Source: Amphiscolops sp. MND2022 (Eukaryota). From it: DNA of 64,000 nt. The stretch spans positions 62,188,001 through 62,252,000 of the forward strand of contig OZ076409.1 in assembly GCA_964187785.1 (NCBI GenBank). The letters are read 5' to 3'. The translations under genes and the position numbers were made by a program. This document shows positions 1 through 13,585 of this stretch, in pieces. The notes beneath the pieces were generated by a model. It made no database searches, had not been told where the DNA came from, and saw only the letters and a program-made list of their open reading frames with translations. The first letter of the stretch is position 1. The number at the start of each line of letters is the position of its first letter.

Positions 1-927
1 ACGTATTAACATTAGTTATAGCTGAGCAGCGGTGGTTGACGGAGAGAAAGCGAAGAGCGTAAGCAGTTTCATTCTCTTTCTTAGTTAGTCGGCGTTGCTA
101 GGGGCAACCGAGTACAATTCTTTTGGCTTGAGCTCAAAGAATTCTTTTAAGAAATGACGCTATTGGTCCGTAAAAATAGAAACACCGGTTACTCGCTTAG
201 TTGAGTGACGCTGTCATATCGTTGTAAACATTAAATTAAAATCACTTGACTGGGATTTTAAGTGGATATTAACAACTACTCTAATCCTGGGAAACAATTC
301 CCCTATACTATTTTGTATGTTCTTTCACTTTAGATTGTATGAGTTCCGTTGGGATCACGGAATTAAATATTGGTGTTTTCATTTTAGTGTGGAGAAGAAA
401 GAATTGATCCCATTTCAGAAGATGTTTTCAATTAAGTGTTTAGATTATTATAAAAAATCCAGAAGACGAAACCGGAAATAAGAAATAGCGTTGCACGTGG
501 AAACATTAGACCGGAAGTTTTAGTTAGTCCAAAAGCATTTCTGAAAATATTTCGTAACGCTTACGTCGTATTTTGTAACTGAAAAATTATCTACAAATAA
601 TTTATCTGTGCTGTAAGTAGAATTATATTAACTTACTCATTATCGTTAGTTTGGTACTTCGGTTCTAGTTGTATTTGCAATACCCTCATCCTCTGCCTCT
701 TCCCAATACGTAACAAAAGTCACAACCACGACCGGAAGCGGGACCAGACAGTAACAATGCAGCTAATTTTTGATTGGAGGCTGTTTTTAAAACCCCGAGT
801 TGAAAGTTAAGAAATAACACAGGATGCTACCAAAATGCTGGAGACTCAATTTCGTTTACAAAAAATCTAATTCGCGATAAGTTTTCACATATTCAATTGG
901 CACAACATTACGATACACATGCCGGTA

Positions 928-953
928 CGAACTAGCAGGATCCTGCTAGTTCG
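928..953. repeat. Perfect 26-bp palindrome CGAACTAGCAGGA/TCCTGCTAGTTCG
   Basis: Read directly: 13+13 nt perfect inverted repeat with no spacer. Confidence 0.9.
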
Positions 954-1249
954 ATTTTTGTCCAATCAGAGCGCGAATATTTTTTTTGGAAGTTTTACAC
1001 TTTTCTCACATTACGCGCATTGATAGGCCGTTACACTCGTTGATTTTGCTACGTACGTTGACTAGTTTACACCATTGGAATTTTCCCTAATTTCGATCAG
1101 AATTACGTTTTTTTTGTTGTTTTTCCACAAAGTTTGCCAAGCTCCAAAATTATATCCAAGTTAAAGTGTTTCACTCAAAACATTCAATTGACGTAAAGTT
1201 AAAGTCATGCAATATGTATTTGTAGACATTTTTGGATTTTTTGGTTGAC

Positions 1250-2700
1250 CCAAAGACCCGAAAAATGACAAAAACTGCCATTTTTTTCAATTTTTAGCAT
1301 TTCTATGCAATTTTTGTCAAACCTTCGATAGATTTCGTGGCTTAGAATGTTAAAACTGTTCAAACGGGAAAGCATTCGTGGTTCAAGAGGCTATTTAGTT
1401 GAAATAAATGCAATTTTTATATGAAAAAATGCATCAAATTGAGACCGAGTATGACAAAAGTTCCAGAAGGCAGATGCAGATCTTCGACGTTTTTATGCAA
1501 CTTATATTAAATTTTCGATAGACTGGCTGGTCTAGAAAGCTACAAACGTTCAACAGGGAACAAAAAAATTCGTTGTCCAAGAGGCTTCTTCGAAAAATAA
1601 ATGCGTATGTTATGGAAAAATTTCCCAAATTCGGACGAAATTTGACAAAGTTTAAATTCCAAAAAAACTCAGCTTTTCAACAATTTAAATTGAATTTTGT
1701 CAAATTTTTGAAAGACTTGGCGGCTTAGAATGATGGAATCACCCAAAAAGCAAAATTTAGTTGTCCGAGAGGCTTTTGTGAAGAAGTAAACGCGCTGTTT
1801 CAATTGAAAAAGAGTCAAAATGTTACCGAAAAAGACGCAAACGCCAATTTTTACAGATATTCCACGTTTTTAAGCGACTTTTATATCAAATTTCCAGGAA
1901 ATTTAGTGGATAAGAAGGTTGAACACGTTCGACAACAAAAAAACTCGTTGTCCAAAGAGTTGTTTGGGGAGATAAATGCAGTTTTGTGAAAAAATATTGC
2001 CACAATGACCCCAAAAAAGTCAAAAAATCCTTGATTTTTGATTTGCTAATGCAACTTCTGTAGATTTTCAACGTTTCCAAAGATTAGGACTCTGAAACTG
2101 TTCTACGAGATTTGAATTCGTTGACCAGTATGACTTTTGATGGCATAAATGCAGGTTTTTGATACAATAAGGCTTTAATTTGACACTAAAACTGTCGATC
2201 TGGCTAAAAAGATTCGAACACTCAAAATTGATCAAACTAGCTATGCTGTTTGTTTTTTTTGAATAGAGAGCTACAGTTTTTTGCATCTAATGTCTTCAAA
2301 ACAAACCCGATGAGTGACATGTGAAAATCCAAATTCAACGTTTCTCGTGCAATTTTTCCGAATTTGTTGACAAGTTTCCATCGTTGGAAGAATGAAAACA
2401 ATCAACAGCGAACAAAAATGCGTTATCCAGTAAGTTTTTCGAAGGTCAATTGCAGTTCCAGGTTGCAAAATAACGTCGGAAGTTCTTGAAGAATTTTGTT
2501 TGTAAAAAGTTCCTCAGAACAACTTAAAACAATCGAAAAATCCATTTTTTTGTTTTCGAAATTATTGTAAGCCTTTCGAGCATTTTGTTATTCAATAACG
2601 ACTGAACCCGGTAACCAATGAGTGTTCTTTAGAAAATATCTGCAGTTTTTGAGAAAAGTTCCTCCAATGACCGCAAAGTTGTCGAAAAATCAAAATTTTC
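1250..2700. repeat. Degenerate ~190-bp tandem (satellite-like) repeat
   Basis: A motif like TTCGTTGTCCAAGAGGCT...ATAAATGCA recurs at ~1376, 1569, 1757, 1944 and 2117, with a weaker copy at ~2420. Spacing is about 173-193 nt. Boundaries approximate. Confidence 0.6.
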
Positions 2701-4099
2701 CAAGATTTGACGTTTTTAGCGACTCTTCGTGCAAAATTCTAAAAATTGGTTGGTTAAGTTTTGGTATCCACACAGATCGACAAAAAAACAAGGAGGTGTT
2801 TAGTGTGTTCTTGAAGTGTTTTCTTGTGAAATGGGATGGCATTACTCAGAAAGTGTCAATTTTTTCATCAAACATCTATGCGTTTTCATTGTGCAATCAA
2901 TGTCTACTCTTGACCCTCAAAAATATGTCGTTGCTAGAACAGTTTGGACGGACAATATCCTGCTGGTCAGCGGACGTCTTGTTTTGAAATCAAACAAACA
3001 TTACGGAAGTTATAATTCGCTTCTTTTTGATTTTGGGCATTTTCCAAAAAATTCATCATACAGTATCTCGAAAACCGCTGTTTGTAATAAAAAAAGGAAT
3101 GCAACAAACCTTGTACCTTCGACTAGAGCTCTAACTTTCTATTTTAACACTTTTCTGAAATCTCCCTCCTTTTGAATTTACATCGCAAAATGATCACAAT
3201 GAGCCAAATGTTCAAGTTTTAATCCGTAAAGGATTAATTAATCCGTCAGTGTTTTTTTTAAAAAAATAGCAACTGTTTTTGGTTGTTCAGCTTCTGAGAG
3301 AGCTTTTTCATAAAAAGTGAAAGACAAAAAAAAGAACAGTGTCAAGGCTACAAAAATGATCGAATGTGATTTTTCTACGGACCAGCAGTTTTGGAGATAT
3401 TGTGTAAAATAAGTTTCGAAAAATTCCAAAACTCAAATTATTTTGTAATATATCTTTCATCATTTTGTTTTCCACTTCGAAGCAAAAAACCGTTGCAACT
3501 CTGATTAAATTTGAGATTTTTTTGCCACTTAGGTTTTTAGGAAAAAAGATGAAAAGCCTTTATTGTAGTTACAAAGTAAGTTCGAACTTAAAATATTGCT
3601 AACGTTCAAAGTCACTGAAAGGTATTTAAACCGTATAAAAAAATTGTGCCTTATCAGATAATCATTGGTTGTAACTATTGAAAGTGTTAATGAACGTTCA
3701 TCAATTCAGTGCATAATACTATCAGTCTCTTCAATACGGGAAATAGTTCTGAGCCTAATGATAATGTATCAAAATTCTAGCAGCTGTGATCGTGCTAGTT
3801 GAACATCCTTGCTGCGTACCTGCAAAGTTTTCCGCAGGATGGTCTGTTTCAATTCAGATTTTGAAACGTATACTGCTTTTTCTGAGACACCACAAGGTTT
3901 CCGAGGCTTTCGATAGTGTTTCGAGTCAAAAGTACGCGACAAGCTGGAATTGTTCAGCATATCCAGTCAGATCAGACATTCATGATCAAGATCGTTCAAA
4001 AAATCATAAACAAGGACTCCATGTAATTGTCAATCACTTAAAAACTACTGAAAAGCAGAAAACCAATATTTGCTTCGGAAGTTCTAATTTGGGCTCTAA

Positions 4100-4950
4100 A
4101 CTATTGCTTCAAAATTATTGACGAGCTTTGACAAACCCAATCATTGATGATCAATGCCTTCCAAGGTACTGATTGTTCTCCGGACGATTTACAGCGAGCG
4201 CATGTTGTTCCAATTTTCCGGAAATGAACTTTTGAAAATCCAACTGGTTTTAATTTAAACCCAGATAGGTTGTTACAGCGTTTTCAAAAACTTCTAAAAT
4301 TAATGTCAAAGGTCAGTGTTTTGAAAACCTCAAGAAAACAAACTTCTCAGTTCAGGCAAATTTCGATTACGACTTGGATTTTCGACAACAGATGCCCTGC
4401 TTTACGGATCTGAAATATCGAAATGGTTTAGTAGCAAACAACATGCGACAATGGCTTTACTTGATCTGTCAAAAGCTTTTCATTCGATATTCCATATTTT
4501 AGCATTGACAAAGCAGAAACATCCAGTTTCGAGTTTAGTTCAAGCGCACAAAAAATTATCGAACAAATCGCACAGAGGAAGTAGATCTCAACTCTTATGA
4601 TCGATATCTGTCAAGAAGTTTCGCAATGAATTTTCCTAAGTCCTTTCTCGTTTTTCATAAAAGTGGACAAAACTTAACCTTGACAGTGGTTTCGTCCTCG
4701 AATGAGGACAGCCATTTTTTCAAAATCAATAAAAAATTACCAATCACAAAAAACATATAAGGAAAATGAAAAGTTGTCTTTCTTTTTGACATTCTATTGG
4801 ACTAACTGGAGTGAGCTGTTATTTGATTTGTGTGAATATAGTTTTTTCCGAGCCACCGTCAAAAAAGTTACCAAAAAACTGAAAAGTTTACATTTCAAAA
4901 AATTTGTATTTTCTCAATAACTGAACACTTGTTTGATAAGTTACAGTCCC
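4100..4950 (+). pseudogene. Heavily decayed non-LTR (LINE) reverse transcriptase fragment
   Basis: 4451-4489 translates to MALLDLSKAFHSI, matching the LINE RT motif DLSKAFD. An HVVPIFRK-like remnant lies at ~4201. Many stops and frameshifts. Confidence 0.6.
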
Positions 4951-5679
4951 ACTCTAGTAACACAGTAGGCCACCATTAAAAACGCGTAAAAGCCACCATT
5001 GAAAATTTTTTCAAGCTTCAGCAATGAGTACGACTGGCGCTTGAAAAGCCCGGCGCAGCAAAAGATGTATGCTTGCAAAGCGGTCTAATTCTGTTAAAAC
5101 TCAAAGGGGTCCCTTCGGTTAAAACTCATTCAGAAATGTCGCATAATTCCGAAAAGACCCGAAGGGATGCTCCTCTGGTCTTTCCTGTACCTCTACAAGC
5201 CTAAAAATTATCGTCTCGCGAGGGATTCGATTCAGCGTACTGCGCAGAGGATCTCACTCGCCACGAAGAGAAACTCACGCTAACATCCAGATCAACAAGC
5301 AGAATAACACATGAATTACAGAAAACTTTCAGAAGTTATGGCAGAAACTGGTGAAAAGTCCCTGTCTAAAACTAAAGTTTCGCTTTCGTTTAGTTTCCAT
5401 AAAATTTGACGACTTCAAAAATGTCTGTGTTGGAAATAAAATCAAAAAAACAGAAGAAAAGCAGTATCATATAACTTTTGTAAAATCTCCCTTTAAAAAA
5501 CGCCTGTCATTCGCCGTTTCACTTGTTGCATATTGATGCTGTTTGTAAATGTTTATAAATATTGATTTCTGGTTTCAGTTACTTATCCGGCAAAAATATT
5601 GTTATTTTCAGAAGAAAGTTTTTATCGCATCAAAACAAAATTCAATATGATGCAAAGTTCCTTTGATGTAGAATACAGC

Positions 5680-5938
5680 AATCTTGGCGGTTAGCTTGAA
5701 ACATTTCATTAATGCATGACGAGCTCAAAGTCTTGACTGGACTCAGATTGAAAAGTATAAACATCTGAAGATTATTGGAACTTCCTAGTTACTGTGTAGC
5801 CGAAAAGTAATCTTGGCGGTTAGCTTGAAACATTTCATTAATGCATGACGAGCTCAAAGTCTTGACTAGACTCAGATTGAAAAGTATAAACATCTGTTGA
5901 ATAATGGAACTTCCTAGTTATTGTGTAGCCGAAAAGTA
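5680..5938. repeat. Direct tandem duplication, 2 x ~129 bp
   Basis: AATCTTGGCGGTTAGC...GCCGAAAAGT occurs at 5680 and again at 5809 with few mismatches. Confidence 0.92.
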
Positions 5939-7469
5939 TGCACTGAGTAGCGAGGGCAATGAATCGAAACAATGTACAAATTGTTGGTGGGTACCATCTT
6001 TGGATCTTCATTTACTGTACTGCTGACCGGTTTTTACCAATATTTGCCGATTGTAAAAAAATTTCTTCCACACGCTCCAGATTAGTAAGAATAAAAATAA
6101 ATAAATAAAACAACAATTACTAATAATAATAATTACTTATTTAGTAAAAATAATAATCAATTCTATGTTTCTCTGAGATTTTTAAACTCGAATCAGCGCA
6201 TAACTCCGAGAATGGAAAATTTCAAAGTTCGACCTTCATATCAATTACTATACGCTGATTCGAATTCGAAAATCTCAAAAGATAAGGAGCTTGGTTTTTC
6301 TATTAGAAAGTCTGCACTTGGTCTTTTCATTATCCGCCATATTCCACGTGTAAGGAAAATTTGTCTCTCAGTCGGCGTTTTATTTTGTTCAAAAGCTTGC
6401 TCTAGTTTAATTTTATGCTCTTCTAGAGAAGCTGAAGACGACATAGTTAGGCTCGTAGCATATGTATTTTTGAAAAAACTGAAAATATTTCGAAAAAAAA
6501 TTAGTGATTGAAAAAGTTTTGTGTGGAACATTTTATGGAAGTTTTGTGGAAATTCAGAATGCTATGATCTACACGAAAATCAACTTAGTTCAAAAAAAAA
6601 TTGTTTCCTATTCATTCTTTACCGAAACAAAATCTGAAACTTTTCTTTTCAACAAGCGGCTAAAATGAAGCAAGAAGAAACCAAAAGTGTCGAAGTTCTC
6701 AATTTTTTGAAATTTTCGAGGTAGTTTCGAATTGCTCCGTTCATATAACTCTATTGGCTACGATAGAGCTTCAAAGAAAAGTTGTTGCCAAAAAATTGAT
6801 GATGGAAAACATGCCGGTGCTTAGCGGGCGTCTTGTTTGAATAAATCTGATGATCTCATCAAAAACATTGGGAATTATTTTCTATTAACGAATTTATCTT
6901 CTGTCGGTGGATTTTTTTGGAATTAGCTTTGTTCCTACTTAATTTGAAAATTTTGAAAAACTGTCGAAAAAGCTCCGGAGATGCATAATGAACGTTTAAG
7001 GTCAATTATCTTAAAAACAAACGTCTCAATTTGACACAAGAGTTTTTTTCAACATTATTTGCCCGGAACGTTTTTTTCAATTGGAATAGACGTTACCTCC
7101 AATTTCCCCGTGTGGTAACGGGGCCTGGGAACAAGGAGTGCCGGTTCGAGTTGCACGCTAAGTCAACTTTTTAATGCTTGCGGACGTATAAGGAAGAACC
7201 TTGTTCTTTTTGGAACTGTGCGGAAATGTTTCTCCGAAAATTGTGTTTTTTTTAAATTTTCTAATTGAAGAAAACTGTTTTTTTTTAGTCTCATGGTTGA
7301 TCTTTTTGGTTATATTTAAGTAGAGTAAGATTGAAATAAAGTGTTCTCAATAAGTGGTTTAGAGAAAATTTATTCTATTTCAGTCTTGAAAAGAACGACC
7401 ACTTGAGCTGCTACAGGCTTGTTTCCAGGCTTAACAACTCCGTTCTTTAAGCGTAAATGGTTCCGTTTT

Positions 7470-8110
7470 TCCTTTTCGGAACTGCGAGCTTTTCTTCGAA
7501 AATTGAAGAATCGAAAAACTTATTTATATATTTGTTTTTTTTTGTGATAGGTCAGGATAATTCCAAAAGAAAATCTACAGTGCACCCAGGGACACCGAAG
7601 GGCTTTCTTTGGACCTGTAGCATTCGAAACTAAGTTTGTGAAAAAGCAAATCTCCAATGAAATCTATTTGACGCTGAGCGACATTTGGGAGAGGTTTTGC
7701 TGTCACTAGGTGGTCTCCCTTCAGTTTTTTTCTGATGTTTGCAAGAGCGAAAACGAGTCCTTTATGTCCCCCTTGAATATAATTGTGGGAATTTGTAATG
7801 AAGCAAATTTTCTTGAAAGGTCTCACTTTAAATTTTTGAGAATTTTTTAATTGAATGTTTTTTTGTCAATCAGGAAAGGTTCCCTGTTGTGTTTTCCGAC
7901 TTTGTACGCTTTTTTATAGTTGTTTTTCTCAATTCAGTATTTTGAGAGCTGGATTTGGTATGTCATCTTGTCAATGTTTTTTTCAATTGAAATATGTTAG
8001 TTCCGCTTTCCGAAATTACGCCTTTCGAGATGAAAATAACGCAATATCCGAATGATTTGAAAAATGTTCTTGATTTTTTCCCGATCATTTAACTTTATTC
8101 CCGATTCAAA
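7470..8110. repeat. Interspersed repeat; a second diverged copy (13465-13585 + 30214-30690) is split by element A
   Basis: Shared blocks, e.g. GTAGCATTCGAAA...TTTGT | AATGAAATCTATTTG(A/G)CGCTGAGCGACATTT...GGTGGTCTCCCTT, and TTACGCCTTT(C/T)GAGATGAAAATAACGCAATA. Confidence 0.8.
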
Positions 8111-8111
8111 T

Positions 8112-11100
8112 TGTGCGAGAGGAGAGTTAGGTTAGACTGTTGAGCTAACCCCACCTAATTGAAAAGACGTGTGGTTGTTGACAACATATATTAGAAGTGT
8201 TTGCAAACAGAGCTGAACCGAACGGTTCAATCAGAGAGATCATTCACTATATGGTCTTCATAGCGTTCAGTAGTAAACGATTGTCAACGTTATTCTTCTC
8301 TCTTTCTTGAGAACAGCATTAGATAACAGTTACGTTTTAACATGGCGCTGGGAGGTTTACCAGACTCGGGCGTTAAGCCAGGGTCCAACGGGTCATCAGC
8401 TTGGCTCGGCAGGACTGCCAATATATTGGGATGTGCCAAAGTATTCACCTAATACTCAATGGGAAAAATGGCGGGATCTGCTCTCCATGGCGGTGAACGC
8501 TGAATACTCCATGTCAGTTCTATAGCTAACAAGAACTCCAACTGAACAGCAGCCACGACAGGCAGCACTAATAAACTACTTGAACGAACAAGCGACTTGT
8601 GAGAAAATGTGAGTATACTGTTCTCATCCTTGGGATCAGCAGGAATGAAGAAGAGCTACCTTGAGAGAAATCCCACAAAACTATGGAAATTGTTTTGTGA
8701 AGCCGCGGAACAGAACCCCGGACAGGTTTAAAGAGTTTCAAGAATGCAACAGCAAAACAAATCTCTCAGGACTTTCTGGAATGTCCTTACAGGACTAGCA
8801 GCAAAATGCAGATTCGGAGATCTGACAAAAAGCATAGTAATGGATGCCCTTTTTCAAAACATGATTTTTGAAACAGTATAAGAACGGCTGTGCACAGGCC
8901 AAAGGGTAAACGCGAAGAAGCATTGACATTCGTTTCTGGCATTTGAAGGAGACATTAGCCAACAGTAGAGCTTCGCAGGAGGCCAGGATATAGGAACTGA
9001 ATCGGTGTGAACCAAAAGGAACGACCAAAAGTTCCATGTACAAGATGAGGGACAGAATACACAACAAACCAAGTACCACAAGACGCCCGCTAAGCGCCGG
9101 GATAATTTCCGCCTTCGTCGCCTTCACTAACTGAGCGACGTTGGTGAAATGAGCTAACTTCACTAACTGAGCCTAGCTATTTTGGGAGGGGGGAATAGGA
9201 TTTAAAGTATAAGATCTAAAATTTAGTGATTTCAGATCCTATTCCCTTTAGATATTTTTCCCGTCTTGTAGTTTCAGATCTTATTCCCTACGGCTTTAGA
9301 TTCTCTTCGCATTTTGATTTTAGATATTGTTCTCCCCTCTAAGCAGTTTTAGTAACTTGACTATTTTAGTTACTAAGTGAAGTCAGAGAATGTAGAGAAG
9401 AGTGAAGAGTAGAGCTATGGCTGATTTTGGAAAAAAACGCAACACAGGTCTTGATTTTATTGCTGCGTTTATGTGGGCGGAAAACAAAAATACTAAAGCC
9501 ATAAAAGAGCAATTCCGGAGTTGTGGAGAAGGTGGATCGTTTCGCACGAATGTGCAGACGGATGAAAAATGCCATTTTCAGAGGACCTGGCAAAGCCGTG
9601 AATAGAGGCGGCACAATAAGAGTACAGCACTGAAGTAGAAAACCTAGTTTTGAGTGTGGAAGGAAACGGAGCACCTCTATTCGTACTGAAAGGGAAGATC
9701 AACAAGGAACAGTTTTCTTCAAAGATCGATTCTGGGTCTCCCATGACAATATTTTCACAAACCGACTCGAAAAAATATATGAAACTGGACTCAAAATTTG
9801 AGAGAATACTACCTAAAGGTGAAGAATTAGTGGATTACAAGGAGCGACAACTGATTTGATTGGGCAGGTCATGAAGAAGACGGGAATAGTGACAATACGT
9901 GATGGGGAAAAATCAAACATCTGTCGAGGTTGTTTGACAAAACTAAGCTTCAGTGTAGCCCAATCAAGCTAAATTAGTGAGTATAAAAACAGTATACATA
10001 ACATAAAAAGTACCAGAACAGAAGGAAATGCCCCCTGTACTAGATAGAATAAAACTAAAGTTTCCTAAATTTTTTAATAGCAAAGAAAATTTGTGGGCCA
10101 CATATGTAAAATAGAATTCAAGGATGGAGCGAAAGTAACACAACAGAAGCGAAGACAAATCCTCTACCACTACAAGAAGCAGTAGTTGCAGAATTTATAA
10201 AAGTACAGACGGCTGGACATATTGAACATGTTGACAAAATCCACGATGAGTTGTTTCTACAACCAATGGTCATAACAGTCAAAAGAGGGCGGAGTTTCAA
10301 AATTGAACAAGGTGCCAGATCGCTCAAACATGCCATATTGAAAAACGACAAGTATCAGATGTCAAAACTGCAGGGTTTATTTGAAAAGGTGCGACCGGGA
10401 AACAAGAAAAAGATGCATTTTTTACATGATTAGACATTCTATATTCATATGGACAAACAACAATATACCCAGAAACAGCAAAACTTTGCAAGCTAAAAAT
10501 CATAGGAGCATAGGAGGTGAGACAACATGTACGAAAGTATTTACAACAAGCTATGGATCTACAAAAACGCCGCAAGAGTTCCAGAAATATCTGGATAGAA
10601 TATTACACAAAGGAACAACACATTCCCATTCGTAGTTGATATCTTGATTGTCCCTAAAGGAAAAAGGGGAAAAGGAGGACCACATGAAAAAAGTTGAAGT
10701 CACAATAAAGGCAATGGCCAACGCAGGAGTCAAACTAAAATAGGAGAAGTACAAAATTGCCAAAAAACGGAGTGTCTGGGCTATCACTTATTGGAAAACG
10801 AAAATTAACCCGTATAAGTGAAATGCACGCGATAACAGCAAAATTGCGGCCTACAAACTTGAAAGACCTCAGCTCTTCTATGGGGGATAATTCAGATCAA
10901 CAAGTTCATAACCAATTTGGCTAGTCTATGTCCTAAAGCCAGATGGAGACTGAAAAAGAAAGAAGGAATACGAGCAAACCTTTGAGACATTAAAAGAGTC
11001 AAAACTGAAATGGCAAGACTCAAACATTTCAAACGAAACTCGTCGATTCGCATCAACTGTGATGAAAGTAAGGAAGGCTTAGGATGGGTACTACAACAAA

Positions 11101-13462
11101 ATCGGAGGAAGGTTTGGAAACAACACACTTTGCATCTCGATTTTAGGAGAACTTGAGTACAAACGATCTATAAGCAAATTAGACTCACTTGCTTTTTGTG
11201 GTCTATTGAAAATTTCTCGAACTACGTATATGGAACAGAATTCGAAGTGGTTTCGGACAACAAGGCATTATTGACAGTATTAAAAGACAATTGGGCTGAC
11301 TTAAACGAAATTCTCCAGACTGACCATTTGTGTATGAAGACACCTGCCATTTCAGTTTAAGGTTATCCATGCTCCGGGTAGAACAATCTGAATGGCTGAC
11401 TATTTCTTCAGCCATTCCTTACAAATTAACAGTAATGGCAGTAAAACAAGAGCAGAGGAGTTATGGCATAACTGATTTAAAGTATACAAAACTACTAGAA
11501 TTGAGTTCGGTTTGGCAAAATACGGGTAGCAGAACTTAGCGGAGCAGCGAATCAGAGCGAAGTTGGCCATTAGGTACATGATGTACCGAAATGAGAAATT
11601 GACAAGTGGAGCTAGAAGTGCTAATGTAGATGAACAAACAATTAAAGAGGTAGTGGCAGCAAATTAATTAGCATCAACGAGTGAAAGTATGCAAAGTTGG
11701 ACTGTCACGCTGAAATGAGTAATCAACTAATTGAAGCGGCGACTCTGCTACACATGAGAACACGTCGCAATGTGAAACTGACAATTTTCTACGAAATATC
11801 AATGGAGTACATTGTCCGAAAAAGAAAGCCATCCAGTAGTAGCAATTAATTTTGCCGGGTTTTTACAAAACGCCATAAATGAAAAAAAATCTATTAGTTT
11901 TGGTCGATCACTTTTCAGGACAACCGGAAGCAAAATTTCGCATAAAGCCGACAACCAAGAAAGTTCTGTAGTTTCTGAAGAAATATATAGCCAGAATTGA
12001 TACACCAAAACCAATAAGAATGGACCCTGCAAAAATATTCCGAAGTAAAAGTATCGGAGAATTTTGTACATAACGATTATTCCAACACATAGACTGTTCA
12101 ATAAGCGATACCCGTGGGAACAGAAAAACAGAAAGGTTAATTATAACAATCACCGAAAGATGACGAGCAAATAGGAAAAAAGTTGTAAGCAGAAATAATT
12201 CAGGCTTATCGGAGAAACTATGTGCACTGGGAACGTACCCATAATCTAAGGGGAAATCACCCTGTGGGAAACACAGACAAGAAGCCGAATACTATAAAGA
12301 AGCTTGTAATCGATCCTTACGGTGTTTTTTTAAAATTGCAACAATGCATCTAAACGATACATATTTTGAATCCGGAGAAGCTTCAGCTGTCCTCGTTTGG
12401 GAGAAGACAAGAGGCACTAAGCTGTCGGGTGCATTCAAGAAAAGAAAAAAATTTGGAGCAAACAAATTACATATTTTTTTGCCAGCAGGAAGTAACCGAG
12501 CAACAGTTTTATCCAAAATATATAGGCAACAGTGTTAGTAATTCGCGCTGATCAAGAGAAGCAACAAGAATAAACGCGAGATGCCAGATTCAAGCAAGCA
12601 GACGAGCAACAGCGATCAGTCAACTGCCAGTGAAATGCCAGCTGAACAAACAATGAATGTCGAGCCAAATCAAACGGAAAACCAGTTAAAAGTTAACACC
12701 AGTAACCTCAAAACAGAAAGAACCTGCCACAAAGATCGAAAGAAGAAGGTGCGAAAAATGAAGAATCGGAGGCGAAGGATGCAACCGGCAGAACAAGGCG
12801 AAACATGAATCGAGTCGGATGGAGATCAATATGTCACAACAGCCAAAATTTAAAACTGAAAATGATGAGTCAGAAAGTGACGCGACGACATTGCCAGCAT
12901 ATCAGGCAAATCAGATCGCAGAACCAATTAGAGAGAGACAACATTCTGAGCCACCAAGACGCGGAATGAGAGCACGGCCAAATACAAACAACGTCAGTTT
13001 AACCTTTTGGTCACAAGCATAGCAACTCCGGCAGATGAAAACGATGAGGAAACCTAATCGAGGAAACAAAAAAATCAAACATGGGAAAACTTTAAATCAA
13101 TGAAATTTGCTACTTTGTACAATAAAACTGTGTTACTCTTTGTGTATCCGTTTAAGTTGCTCATCCATTATTTTGATAAAACCCTAACATCATGTAAACG
13201 TGTATTACAAGAATATTGTTTATTGCTAGTTCGAGGAGAAAGGTGTGAGAGAGCTAAGTTATATATTCGAGGTAACCTCACTTAAAGAGAAGATGTTTGG
13301 TTGTTGGCAACATTTATAAGAATTGTTCACAAACAGAACTGAATTAAAAGATAAAATCAGAGAAATAATTCACGATGTGATCTTCATAGCGTTCAGTAAC
13401 AAACGATTGCCAACGTTTTATATTCTCTCTTTCTAAAGAACAGCGTTAGATAGCGCTACCTT
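8112..13462 (+). mobile_element. Old, decayed Ty3/Gypsy LTR retrotransposon with ~230-bp LTRs
   Basis: Diverged direct repeats at 8112-8342 (TG...CA) and 13244-~13462. PBS-like TGGCGCTGGGAG at 8343. Purine tract GAGGAGAAAGG at 13233-13243. Broken gag (WEKWRDLL), protease (KIDSGSP, ~9722), RT (FLQPMVITVKR; PQEFQKYLDRIL) and RNase H (NCDESKEGLGWVL) remnants. Confidence 0.85.
9084..9479. mobile_element. Possible MITE-like insertion inside the decayed Gypsy gag region
   Basis: Imperfect terminal inverted repeats: CGCCCGCTAAGCGC...ATAATTTC versus the reverse complement CGCCCACATAAACGC...ATAAAATC. Interior is non-coding. Confidence 0.35.
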
Positions 13463-13585
13463 TCTTCTTTCGGCACTGTGAGAGTTTGTTTTTTGAGGTG
13501 ATGGGTCAGGAAAGTTCCCAATTAAAATCCATGGACACCAAAAGGCTTCCTTTGATCCCGTAGCATTCGAAATTATGTTTGTAGA

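Noticed and set aside
1..756. Possible minus-strand LTR fragment (TGTTAC start at ~756 or ~715)
   Set aside because: No partner repeat, PBS or TSD is visible within the window, so it cannot be supported.
7105..7170. tRNA-like box B (GGTTCGAGT); a similar minus-strand motif lies at ~5215-5270
   Set aside because: No cloverleaf can be folded. At most these are decayed SINE heads, not tRNA genes.
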